From: Malacoraja senta | Taxonomy: Eukaryota | Assembly: GCA_038087875.1 (NCBI GenBank) | Contig: CM075989.1 | Coordinates: 10,790,001 to 10,854,000, forward strand | Direction of reading: 5' to 3' | DNA: 64,000 nucleotides | In this document: in pieces, positions 11,830 through 22,450 of the stretch | How positions within the stretch are numbered: the stretch's first letter is position 1 | Layout of the letters: every line of letters begins with the position of its first letter | The notes under the pieces: generated by a model | What the model saw: the letters and a program-made list of their open reading frames with translations, nothing else | What the model was told of the DNA's origin: nothing | The model's database searches: none | Translations under genes and position numbers: made by a program

Positions 11830-12810
11830 TTTACTCCCAGATTCTTCTACTCTCTGGTTCCCAGCTTTCTCTTTTGAGATCTTTATCAGAGTGCTTGTCC
11901 TTGACCAAGCTGCTGATGACTATTATCTCCCAGTCTGCTTCAGGCTCCAGCTTAGTGTCAAGTTTCGTCCATAACTTGCCGTGGGACTTTTTAAATGAAA
12001 TTAACAGCGGCAGCAACAGCAGTTCCTGTTTTTGCAGGCCCTTTAATGTAACCAAAGATCCCAAGCAGCTTCCCAGGAATGTTAAGAAAGAAAGAAGAAA
12101 CATGTTACACGGGAGCTATTAGTAAAGATCCTATAGCGGAGCAAGATAGACCTGCTAAATGCAATGGGCTGACGTGTAGTATGCAATGGAACGGAACGTG
12201 GGCCTTTTTTTCATCCATTTCAGTAACCCGACCCGACCCGACTCGCAGTGTAATCAACGTTGCGGGGGAACAGCTTATGTTAATAAATTATAATTCTGAA
12301 AATGAGGAGAAGATTTTTACCAAAGAACTTTTATTTTTACGAGGATGTTTCCGTAACCGGCTTCCGTCTCCGCACTAGTGATCTTTGCTCCGCTATGGGA
12401 TCTTTGGTGTGGAGACGGAAGCCGGTTACGGAAATGAGGCCGAAAATTACCCATGAATCTGCCCATGACCGTACTACGTCTTTTTCGTCGAGAGGACTAT
12501 CTTGCTCGCTGTAGGATCTTTGCTATTAGTGCAGGGCACCAAAGGTTGAGAGGTTGGTTTGAAGACCGTTTTTTCTGGGAGGGGACACTAGGCTTTGAGA
12601 TTTAAGGAGGGGGTTCAAGAGTTTGACACCCAGGCAGCTGAAGGCTTGGTCACGAGTGGTGGAGCAATTACATTCAGGGTTACTCAAGCGTTCAGAAGCA
12701 GAGCAGCACTGAGCAAGTGGGGGTGGTTCGGGGCATGACTAGAATAACAAAGGGAGGAAAAATGAGACTCTGGATGGGTTTGAAAACAAGCCGGAGGATC
12801 TTAACGTGAA
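11830..12810. mobile_element. Degenerate L2 LINE 3' fragments (+ then -), interrupted by a MITE
   Basis: L2-type 3' motifs CTTGACCAAGCT...GTGTCAAGTTT and CAGGCAGCTGAAGGCTTGGTC...GGTGGAGC. Confidence 0.5.
12124..12522. mobile_element. Non-autonomous DNA transposon (CA..TG ends, 8-bp TSD; P- or hAT-like), copy 1
   Basis: TIR AAAGATCCTATAGCGGAGCAAGATAG / CTATCTTGCTCGCTGTAGGATCTTTG; TSD CTATTAGT at 12116-12123 and 12523-12530; terminal C missing on the left. Confidence 0.85.
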
Positions 12811-13019
12811 AAAAAATGTCTGTGCTGCAAATCTGCAATAAAAAACATCAGGTGCTGGGCATTCTCAGCAGACCAGGCAGTGTCCGTAGAGAGAGAAACA
12901 TACCCCCCCCCCCCCTCTCCTCCCCCCCCCCCCTCTCTTACCTGGGCTCCACAGGATGTGCATCAATTTCTCCCGCTATCCCCCCCCCCCATCCCCCCTC
13001 AACCCGGCCGTCTGACCCC

Positions 13020-13226
13020 ATGGAATTATATCTGAGTTTCTCGGAAGCTGGAGCACCAACCTGTTTTTGTGTTTTTTTAACACAGGAGTCATAGAGTCAT
13101 ACCGCATGCAAAAAGGCCCTTCTGCCCACCTGAGTGGTGGGGACTCTGCAGCATGTATCTACACTGATCTCATTTTTTTAGATCAGATAAGTTTAGTTTA
13201 AAGGTACAGCATAGAAACAGACCCTT
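13020..13226 (+). repeat. Diverged local duplication, copy A (partner 14096-14313)
   Basis: GGAATTATATCTGAGTTTCTCGGAAGCT...TGAGTGGTGGGGACT...GAAACAGACCCTT is colinear with 14096-14313. Confidence 0.75.
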
Positions 13227-14367
13227 GAGTCTTGAGATTTTTGCATTTCACCAACTCCGTGAAAATAAGTGCTAGAAATCTGAAATAGAAAATCCTGCAG
13301 AAAGAGAGGAGGTTAACATACAGGTTCTGGTCCTTCCATCAGCTTTTATGTTACCAGCTCTGGTCTCTAGCACGTCCCTCACTCCCGGCTCTCCACTGAT
13401 AGCAACCGTTCCATCAATTGCAAAGGTCCTGTGAAAAAAAATCCTGAAAAAACCTTCTTCAATTCTCCATCTCTCGTGTGTCTTTGAGAACCCACCTTAG
13501 AGCACACTTCTTTGCCCAAGCTTCAGGTCCACTGGTCACCTTCTGTTGTGGCTGGGTATCAAACCCCCTTTGCTGGAACACCCGTGAAATACCCCGGGAG
13601 GTCTCGCTCTGTTAGTGGTTCTGTATAATCGCAAGTTATCACTGATCAAAGTCAAAATTGTAAAGGAAATCCACACCTCATTTCCATTACGGAGAACATT
13701 CGACCACAGAAATACAGCTTGAGTTTTAATTATTGATAACTCAATGGGCTTTTAATGAGGAGCTCGTTGAATTTTTGCAACAAATCTTGAAGCTCTGCCA
13801 GCACTCTTCCTCTCACTGGCTGAAAGGACATTTTTGATTCATCACATTATCCAATGCATGCATGGGTTTAAATTCACAACAAGAAGGTTCACACAGAGTC
13901 TGTCAAATTCTGGAGAATTTCGCATTTTTTTCATGTTCCACTGTTTTCAATAATCTTGTTGGGTTCCACAATGTCGCTACAAGTGCCAGAAGTTTCATGT
14001 TAACAAACCCACTGTTGGTGTTAATGCCGGGGGGGAGATTCTACTACATTTGGAATGAGTTTGGTATTGGCAGCAGATCAAAATATGTATCCCGCGGAAT
14101 TCTATCTGAGTTTCTGGGAAGCTTGAACACCAATGGCGACCTGTTTTTACGTGGTGTTTTTATAACACAGGAAAATAGAGATAGAGACATAGAGTCATAC
14201 AGCATAGAAATAAGGCCACTCTGCCCATCTGAGTGGTGGGGACTATGCAGCACATATCTACACTAATCAAATTTTTTTGTTTAGTTTAGAGATACAGCAT
14301 GGAAACAGGCCCTTTGGCCCACGGAGTCCACGCGGACCATCAATCAATCACCCATTCACACTAGTTC

Positions 14368-14622
14368 TACATCGGTGAGACCAAGCGCAGGCTTGGCGAT
14401 CGTTTCGCCAAACACCTCCGCTCGGTCCGCAATAACCTACCTGATCTCCCGGTGGCTCAGCACTTCAAGTCCCCCTCCCATTCCGAATCCGACCTTTCTG
14501 TCCTGGGCCTCCTCCATGGCCAAAGTGAGCACCACCGGAAATTGGAGGAGCAGCATCTCATATTTCGCTTGGGTAGTTTACACCCCAGCGGCATGAACAT
14601 TGACTTCTCCAATTTCCGGTAG
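14368..14622 (+). pseudogene. Penelope-like element GIY-YIG endonuclease C-terminal coding remnant (open 85 codons)
   Basis: Translates YIGETKRRLGDRFAKHLRSVRNNLPDLPVAQHFKSPSHSESDLSVLGLLHGQSEHHRKLEEQHLIFRLGSLHPSGMNIDFSNFR*. Confidence 0.92.
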
Positions 14623-14846
14623 CCCTTATTGTCTCCTCCCCTTCTCAGCTCTCCCTCAGCCCTCTGGCTCCTCCTCTTCCTTTCTTCTCCCCCCCCCCCT
14701 CCACCCTACATCAGTCTGAGGAAGGGTTTCGGCCCAAAACGTTGCCTATTTCCTTCGCTCCATAGATGCTGCCGCACCCGCTGAGTTTCTCCAGCACTTT
14801 TGTCTACCTTCGACTTTCCAGCATCTGCAGTTCCTTCTTAAACACA
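14623..14846 (+). mobile_element. PLE 3' UTR / pseudo-LTR with hammerhead-like core and tail
   Basis: Polypyrimidine tract, CTGAGGAAGGGTTTCGGCCCAAAACGTTG, tail ...CCAGCATCTGCAGTTCCTTCTTAAAC. Confidence 0.85.
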
Positions 14847-14939
14847 CAAGTTCTATGTTATCCCACTTTCTGATCCACTCCCCAAACACCAGGGGCAATT
14901 GAAAACACCAGAGTTAGTTAAAACAAAACCTTTAACTAA

Positions 14940-15425
14940 CATTTGAATTAGTTAAATGGCAGGAACCTGGAGAGTGGTGTAGAGCAGAGAGACTGAAGAT
15001 TATAGGTGCACAGTTCCCTGAAAGTAGCAACGCAGGCGGACAGGGCGGTGAAGGTGTTTGCAACAGTTGCTTGAATACAGGAGTTGGGATGTTATGTTAC
15101 ATGTACAAGCCAACACACCAGTGAGTGGGTGAGCACACATTTGGAACTCGGTACCGTGTACAGTTCTGGTCACCCTGCTACAGGAACTACCTAATTAGAC
15201 TGGAAAGATTCACCAGGATATTGCCAAGACTCAAGGGGTTGAGTTGTACAGAGCGGCTGGGACTTTTATTGCCTGTAGGCTGAGAGGCGATCTAACAAAG
15301 TCATGAGAGGCATCGACGAGGTGAATGGTCACAGTCTTTCTCACAGGTCGAGATGTCTGGAAACAGAGGATAGAGATTTAAAGTGAGAGAGGAAAGATTT
15401 AAGAGACCTGAGGGGCAATTTATTC
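14940..15425 (+). mobile_element. Degenerate CR1 LINE RT fragment
   Basis: CAGTTCTGGTCACCCTGCTACAGGAA, GCTGAGAGGCGATCT, GATTTAAAGTGAGAGAGGAAAGATTT CR1 motifs. Confidence 0.75.
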
Positions 15426-15629
15426 AGTAACCTGTTAAGAGAGAAGTTGCAAACCCTGTGCAGACAGCACCTGAGGTCAGGAACAAACCTTGGTCCTTGG
15501 ATCGGTGAGGCAGCAACAGTAAAAGCTGTGCCTCACAAACTCTCTTTCATCTTTCTTCTTCTCAGTTATACACGCTGGCCTCTCCTCCATTTTCCATTGT
15601 CTAGGTTGCTCTCTGTGTTATTGAACAAG

Positions 15630-15925
15630 ACACTTGCATTTCTCGAGTACCTTTTACATTGCTCTCAGGATGCCCCAAAGGCCTTCACAACCATTGAACT
15701 GTAATCACAATGATGGGAAACGTGACAGCTAGCTGCTACACAGCAAGATCCCACACAGCGACTGAATAATTGTGATCCTGGATCCCCTCCTTTGCCCAGA
15801 GAGTGGCGGGACTGTTGCACTCGCCACCAGGAGTAGCTGAGGAGAATCACAAAGAGTTATTATAAGCCCAGGACACTGGTTTATTCTTCTGAGATGAAAC
15901 ATTGGGTTACTCATCTGAGACTTTG
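15630..15925 (-). mobile_element. Deu-domain SINE fragment
   Basis: ACTTGCATTT...CAGGATGCCCCAAAG...CACAGCAAGATCCCACA...CCCAGGACACTGG (reverse complement of Deu domain and L2-like tail). Confidence 0.6.
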
Positions 15926-16103
15926 TTGAGGCTTATAATCAGTTTTCATTTTTAACAGAAGAGCAGAAAATGCTGGAAACACTCCACAGGCATCCCTGGA
16001 GGGACAAAGCAATTAACATCTCAGATATGATGAAGTGTCCTGGTCCTGCCCACGTCACCTATCCATGTTCTCCAGGGATGCTGCCTGATCCACTGAGTTA
16101 CAC

Positions 16104-16368
16104 TTTAGACTTGAGAGATACAGCGCAGAAACAGGCCCTTCGGCCCACTGAGTCCACGACAACCAGCGATCACCCCGTACACTAACCCTATCCTACACAC
16201 TAGGAACAATTTACTATTTAAAAAAAATTAACGTACAAACCTGTACGTATTTGGAGTGTGGGAGGAAACCGGAGAAAACAGGGTCACAGGGAGAACGTAC
16301 AAACTCCGCACAGTCAGCACCCGAGATCAGGATCGATCCTGGGTCGCTGGTGTTGCAAGGCAGCAACT
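16104..16368 (-). mobile_element. HE1-type V-SINE nested in a PLE terminal repeat
   Basis: Flanked by TGAGTTAC direct repeat; PLE sequence (CCACTGAGTTAC|TCCAGC) continues on both sides. Confidence 0.8.
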
Positions 16369-17624
16369 TGAGTTACTCCAGCGCTTAGTGGTTTTATTTT
16401 GTAAACCTGCATTTGCAGTTCATTTGTTTCTACCCTATAATTCATGTTTGATTAGTAAGAGTGTCAGGGATTTGACTGATTAGTAAAGGTGTCAGGGGTT
16501 ATGGGGTGAAGGCAGGAGAATGGGATTGAGAGGGAAAGATCGATCAGCCGTGATTGAATGGCAGAGTAGACTTGACGGGTCGAATTGTCTTATTCTGCTC
16601 CTAGAAATTATGAACATTTGAAGCAGGAATTCTGTTTACAAATCTGCTCCCTGGACACCTTCCCTGAACAAACCCCTTTGACAATGGGCCCGGTTATGGA
16701 TTGTGAAAGCAGAGAAAGAGCCAGCAAGCCAGACGAGAATGGCCACATTCTGTAGCACTTGTCCCAGCCAATCCAGGTGCCCCAACCTGTTTGGGCTCCC
16801 TGCAGCTAAACTCATACCCAATGGAGACCGGGATTGAGTTAAACCACCATCAAAGGTTAGGTAAATATGGCCGCATTCTTTAGAAGCTGTTTGGTCACAG
16901 GCCGTTGACTTTGCTAACAGCAGTTAGTATTTTTTCCCCCGCCCGAAGGCCTTGTTTGTGCAGAATTAGATCTGTTTGCTGAAACACCCGGAAGAATCCA
17001 ATAGTGCAGTAGTCTTTCCAAACAGTGGAAACATCCTCCGATCAATAGTCCCTATCACAGTGCTGATAAGTGCAGCAAATTGTGCCAAGTCTAATATTTA
17101 TCCAGCCTGCTATTGGGTACTTCTGGGTTGAAACAGTAAAACATTTGGCTTGTGGACACAAGGGTATAAAGGTTGTTCCAATTTAATACCTTACTTAGAG
17201 CAAACAAGGCAAGTAGACATACTAACTGATGAAATGTGTAATAGCAAACAGTGTACTTGTTGGTGTAACTTTATTGGAGGTCATTTAGCACAGAAAGCTG
17301 GGGCTGCTTCTGTTAATGTGTGTGGGTCGCTGTAAAGCATATAAAAACTTGGCACAGATTCTGTACAAAGATAGTGAGGAGGCAGATTTTACCCTTTGAA
17401 TTTAGGCCTCAGTAAGCTAACTGACATGGATAACTCTTACAGACGGTTGCATTGGGGTGAGGGGATGCTGGGTTGGGCTAGATGGAGGGGGAGGGGGAGA
17501 GGATGGGTAGATGTTGGCAGAATGCAGTTAAATTCATTTTCATCATGACCTGCCTGTCAATGTCAAGCCAATTGCAGACACTGAAATCCAGTTACATGAG
17601 CGTGGCCATTCCTGGTTGGTTTTA

Positions 17625-17905
17625 CTTTTGAGAAACCGCGTGGAAACAGGCTCTTCAACCCACCAAGTCCGCGCCGACCAGTAATCACCCCGTACACTAG
17701 CACTATCCTACACACTAGGGGCAATTTTACAATTAACAGAAGCCAATTAACCTACAAACCTCTATGTCTTTGGAGTGTGGGAGAAAACTGGAAAACCCAT
17801 GCAGTCACGGTGAAATCGTACAAACTCTGTACAGACAGCACCCGCAGTCAGAATCAAACCTGGGTCTCTGGTGCTGTAAGGCAGCAACTCTACCACTATG
17901 CTGCC
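17625..17905 (-). mobile_element. HE1-type V-SINE
   Basis: Reverse complement of consensus; its 5' head is included in the 580-bp duplication. Confidence 0.88.
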
Positions 17906-18401
17906 GTTATCCTTGCTGTATCTGAAGTTCTGTTAGATGATTCTCAGCCTCCAACTGCCCTTCCCACCCAGTAATTGTTCGTCTGTGTGATTTAACATTT
18001 TTTTATGAACAGAAATATTCGCAATAGAGACATATTTATGTCACTGGGACCTTCTGTAGGTTTTGTTTGCACCTGTTTCCCAGAGATTAATCTTTAATTC
18101 CTGAATATTCCGGATAATCCCAAAGGCTTGGCAGCTCTATAAACAATCCGGCAAGATTAATGATAACAACAACACCTTGTTTACACCTCTAGGTGTTGCA
18201 AATCCCACAACTCCACTCAGGAGATTTGAAAGTAAAAGTTTGATGCTGAGCAGCATAAGGAAATGTTCGGACAGACAGTCTAACTCTGGGACACATGTGG
18301 AATGGGTGAGGAGGATCCTACACAATCGTTTCTGGGATGAGGGATTTCAGTTGGAGGTTTAGAGTACGTTTCTACAGGTGGCATGGAGGCACAGGATTTT
18401 T
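17820..18401 (+). repeat. Direct duplication copy 1 (~580 bp) flanking L1
   Basis: Colinear with 19631-20216; identical ORF-track peptides at 18177 and 19992. Confidence 0.95.
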
Positions 18402-19630
18402 TATTTTTATTATTTTTTTTAAAATTAGAAGTAAGTACAATATTGTAGTACATAAGTACCTAATACACACTTAGATATTACAGTTCATGTACAACTTGTT
18501 ATTTTTAATTTAACAATAAAACAGAAAATGAAGATAGGAAAGATAGAGGAAAAGAGAGTATTGTAAAAAGTGGTGAAAGTGTTAGTTCGTGAAATAGTAA
18601 AGAAAGCCCGAAGAAAGAAACAGGTAAACAAAAAGGTAGAAAATGGTAAAGAGAAGGAAAAATAATGAAACAGAAGATAAAAGAAGTAGAGAAAGAAAAA
18701 AAAAAAAAAAGGAAGGAAATAAAAAGAGAGAGATTAAGAGAGATATACCTATTTAATAACTTTACCCACCCCTCACCCGGTTCTGAAACATTTAATTTCT
18801 ACGGTTGTGTTGCACCATATGCTTGTAAAAAGTCGATAAAGGGATACCAAATCATTAAGAATTGGTCTGCTTTACCTGCTAGGAGGAATCTCATGTCTTC
18901 AAGATGTAACATTTCCGACATATTTGAAATCCACATTTTAAGCGTTGGTGTAGATGCATTTTTTCAAAATTTAAGTATAGTTTTTTTTGCCGTTATTAAG
19001 CCATAATTAAAGAGAGATTTTTGACACGTAGTTAGCTTACATCCGTCTTCCATTGTTCCGAAGATAATCAGTTCTGTGTTGGGATTCAGTTTTATATTAA
19101 ATAGTTTTGTAAAAATTCCAAAAATTTCATTCCAGAATTTATAAAGTTTTGTGCAGGAGACAAAAGAGTGTGTTACAGTGGCATTTTGAGATAAACATTT
19201 GTCACATATGGAGGAGACATTTGGAAAAATGTTATTCAGTCTACTTTACGAGTAATATAATCTATGTGAAATTTTAAATTGAATTATGTCTTACATTAAT
19301 CAAATATTTGTGTACATATAGCAAGTATTTTTCCCATGTCTTTTGGATTTTTTATCAATAATTCTCGTTCCCAATCCATTCTAATTAATTCTGTCGATGG
19401 TATTTCTATATGTAAAATGATATTATATAAATATGATATTAAATTGCTTGATTCTGCCTCTCTGTTCATTCCTTCGTCTAATAAGTCTGAAGTCAGAGTT
19501 TGATATCCTTGTATATGTTTTTTCAAATAATCTCGGATTTGGAGGTATTTGAAATATTGATTACTTTTCAGGCTGTATTTTAATTGTAGTTGTTGAAATG
19601 ATAGAATGTTTCCCATTTCATACATATCTC
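18402..19630 (-). mobile_element. 5'-truncated L1-clade LINE (ORF2 C-terminus, 3' UTR, poly-A)
   Basis: Reverse strand: QYFKYLQIRDYL...WERELL and IQFKISHRLYYS*SRLNNIFPNVSSICDKCLSQNATVTHSFVSC (C-x2-C-x8-H-x4-C); stop at 18799-18801; T-rich tail at ~18397-18420. Confidence 0.9.
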
Positions 19631-20216
19631 ACATACTCTGTACAGACAGCACCCATAGTCAGAATCTAACCTGGGTCTCTGGTGCTGTAAGGCAGCAACT
19701 CTACCACTATGCCGCCCTTATCCCTGCTGTATCCCAGGAAGTTCTGTTAGATGATTCTCAGCCTCCAACTGCCCTTCCCACCCAGTAATTGTTTGTCTGT
19801 GTGATTTTAAATGTCTTTATTAACAGAAATATTCACAATAGAGACATATTTATGTCACTGGGACCTTCTGCTAGTTTTTGTTTGCACCTGTTTCCCAGAG
19901 ATTAATCTTTAATTCCTGAATATTCCGGATAATCCCAAAGGCTTGGCAGCTCTATAAACAATCCGGCAAGATTAATGATAACAACAACACCTTGTTTACA
20001 CCTCTAGGTGTTGCAAATCCCACAACTCCACTCAGGAGATTTGAAAGTAAAAGTTTGATGCTGAGCAGCATAAGGAAATGTTCGGACAGGCAGTCTAACT
20101 CTGGGACACATGTGGAATGGGTGAGGAGGATCCTACACAATCGTTTCTGGGATGAGGGATTTCAGTTGGAGGTTTAGAGTATGTTTCTACATGTGGCATG
20201 GTGGTGCAGGATTTTT
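19631..20216 (+). repeat. Direct duplication copy 2 (~585 bp) flanking L1
   Basis: Colinear with 17820-18401. Confidence 0.95.
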
Positions 20217-20221
20217 CTACA

Positions 20222-20525
20222 GGGCCGCTGGTGGCACAGCGGTAGAGTTGCTGCCTCACAGCGCCAGAGACTCAGGTTCAATCCTGACTACGGGTGCCGT
20301 CTGTACGGAATTCGTACATTTTCTCTGTGACTGCGTGGGTTTTCTCCGGGTGCTCCGGTTTCCTCTGAAATTCGTGCAGGTTTGTAGAATAATTGGCTAT
20401 AGTTTAAAAAAATTGTAAATTGCCCCCAGTGTGTGGAACAGTGTTAGTGTACGGGGTGATCGCTGGTTGGCGCGGACTCAGTGGGCCGAAGGGCCTGTTT
20501 CTGCGCTGTATCTCTAAAGTCTAAA
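20222..20525 (+). mobile_element. HE1-type V-SINE, full length
   Basis: GGTGGCACAGCGGTAGAG A-box, GGTTCAATCC B-box, tail CTCTAAAGTCTAAA. Confidence 0.9.
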
Positions 20526-20699
20526 GATAAAGATGATTGAAAGGCGATCTGGTCAAAGTTTGGAGGGGAAATTCCAGTCTCTATCACCTCAGGAAATTAA
20601 AGCACAGATGCCAGTATTGGAGTGATGGACATAGATTACAGAGATAAAGAGGTAAGGAGATAGACTGGGAGAGATTTAATCCAGAAACCAGTGTAATTT

Positions 20700-21155
20700 C
20701 TTAACATATGATGAGCATTTGACGGCACTGGGCCTGTACTCGCTGGAGTTTAAAATAATGAGAGGGGACTTCATTAAAACGTACAGAATAGTGAAAGGCT
20801 TGGATAGAGTGAATGTAGAGATGTAGGATGTAGAGAGGATGTTTCCACTAGTAGAAGAGTCTAGGACTGGAGGTCATAGCCTCAGAATTAAAGGACGTTC
20901 TTTTAGGAAGGAGATGAGAATTTTTTTTAGTCAGAGGGTGGTGAATCTGTGGAATTCTTTGCCACAGAAGGCTGTGGAGGCCTAGTCAGTGGATATTTTT
21001 AAGGCAGAGATAGATAGATTCTTGATCAGTACGGGTGTCAGAGGTTATGGGGAGAAGGCAGGAAAATGGGTTAGGAGGGAGTGATAGATCAGCCATGATT
21101 GAATGGCAGACTTGATGGGCCGAATGGCCTAATTCTGCTCCTATCACTTATGATC
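20700..21155 (+). mobile_element. CR1/HER1 LINE 3' fragment
   Basis: ACATATGATGAGCATTTGACGGCACTGGGCCTGTACTCG...GATGGGCCGAATGGCCTAATTCTGCTCC. Confidence 0.9.
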
Positions 21156-22024
21156 TTATGAGTGCAGGAGTGTGGGCATATGGGATGGTACAAATAGGTT
21201 GTATACAATAATAGATTATTGTCACGTGACCAAGAATTAGTGGGAAAACTTTGTGTTGCATGCTCTTCAGTCAAATCAAACAATACGAGCACAATAAAGC
21301 CACACACAAATACAAGGTAGAGCAAAGTAGCCAAGTTGTAAATTAGGGTACTGATGGGAACAAATTTCTTTAGCCAGAGGGTGGTGAATCTGTGGCATTC
21401 ATTGCCACAGACGGCGGTGGAGGCCAAGTCAGTGGTTATTTTAAAATCTGCAATTGATAGGTTCATGCTTAGTAAGGGTGTCAAAGGTTACGGGAAGAAG
21501 GGGTTGGAAGGGGAATAAATAGGTCAGCCATAAACAAATGGTGAAGAAGACTCAATGGGCCGAATGGCCTAATTCTGCTCCCCTGTCTTATGAACATGAA
21601 TTTACAGATATGTTGTGTGAACGAAGGGAGAACACGATTGGATCTGAAATCTATGATCAGGAAGGGCAATGCTACTTTGCGGTAGGTGTGGACATGGAGG
21701 TCATTGGGCTCATTGTTGGTGAGGTGGCTGATGGACAACAGGTCTAGATTCATACTTGGCACAGTGTAGCTTTGTGAAGGGTGCTTTGGAATTCAAGTCT
21801 GTCCTGATATCCGGTGATGCCCATTGAGACTACGTTTGAGTAGCGATGTGGCGGTTTCCTTCTTGTGTGGGATAGCAAATCCCTCAAACTTAGACCACCG
21901 AGCAGGGGGGCTGTAGATTGGCAGCGAAGTTGGCTGTGGTGGGATGGATGTTGTCTATGGGGCTGACATTAGAGCGAGCCAGAGTTTCTGGGAGAATACT
22001 GTAACAAATACCTTACAATTAACG

Positions 22025-22450
22025 TGTAGGAAGGAACTGCAGATGCTGGTTTAAACCAAACATAGACACAAAACGCTGGAGTAACTCAGCGAGACAGGCA
22101 GCACCTCTGTAGAGAAGAAATTGGAGATGTTTCGGGTTGAGACGCTTCTTCAGACTCTCCAGAGATGCTGCCTGTCCCGCTGAGTTACTCCAGTTTTTTG
22201 TGTCCACTTTACCATTAACAGCAGGAAACACAAGGTGCTGGAGGAACTCAGCGGGTCAGGCAGCATCTGTGGAGAAAATAGACCAGCGACGTTTTGGGTC
22301 GGGAACCCTTCTTCAGCCTGTCTGAATGGACAAGCGACCCGAAATGTTGCCTGTCCATCTCCCTCCACAGATGCTGCTTGGCCCGCTGAGTTCCTCCAGC
22401 ACCTTGTGTTTGGCTCCAGATTCCAGCGCCTGCAGTTCCTTGTGTCTCCA
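22025..22450. mobile_element. Two adjacent fold-back PLE terminal insertions
   Basis: GCTGGAGTAACTCAGCG.../...CGCTGAGTTACTCCAG and GCTGGAGGAACTCAGCGGG.../...CCCGCTGAGTTCCTCCAGC inverted pairs. Confidence 0.8.

Larger units (their letters stand above)
14278..14900 (-). mobile_element. HE1-type SINE fragment split by a PLE insertion
   Basis: SINE tail at 14278-14367 resumes at ~14848 (AGTTCTATGTTATCCCAC); AGTTCTA duplicated around the insert. Confidence 0.75.

Noticed and set aside
11831..12103. 90-aa ORF with a signal-peptide-like start (MFLLSFLTFLG...)
   Set aside because: Overlaps degenerate L2 3' fragments; no recognisable domain or splice context.
18177..20177. Identical 61-62 aa ORF pairs suggesting a duplicated small gene
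   Set aside because: Explained by the DNA duplication; non-ATG starts, no homology recognised.
20222..20290. tRNA-like A/B box sequences
   Set aside because: Heads of HE1 SINEs followed by V-domain and LINE tail; no complete cloverleaf.
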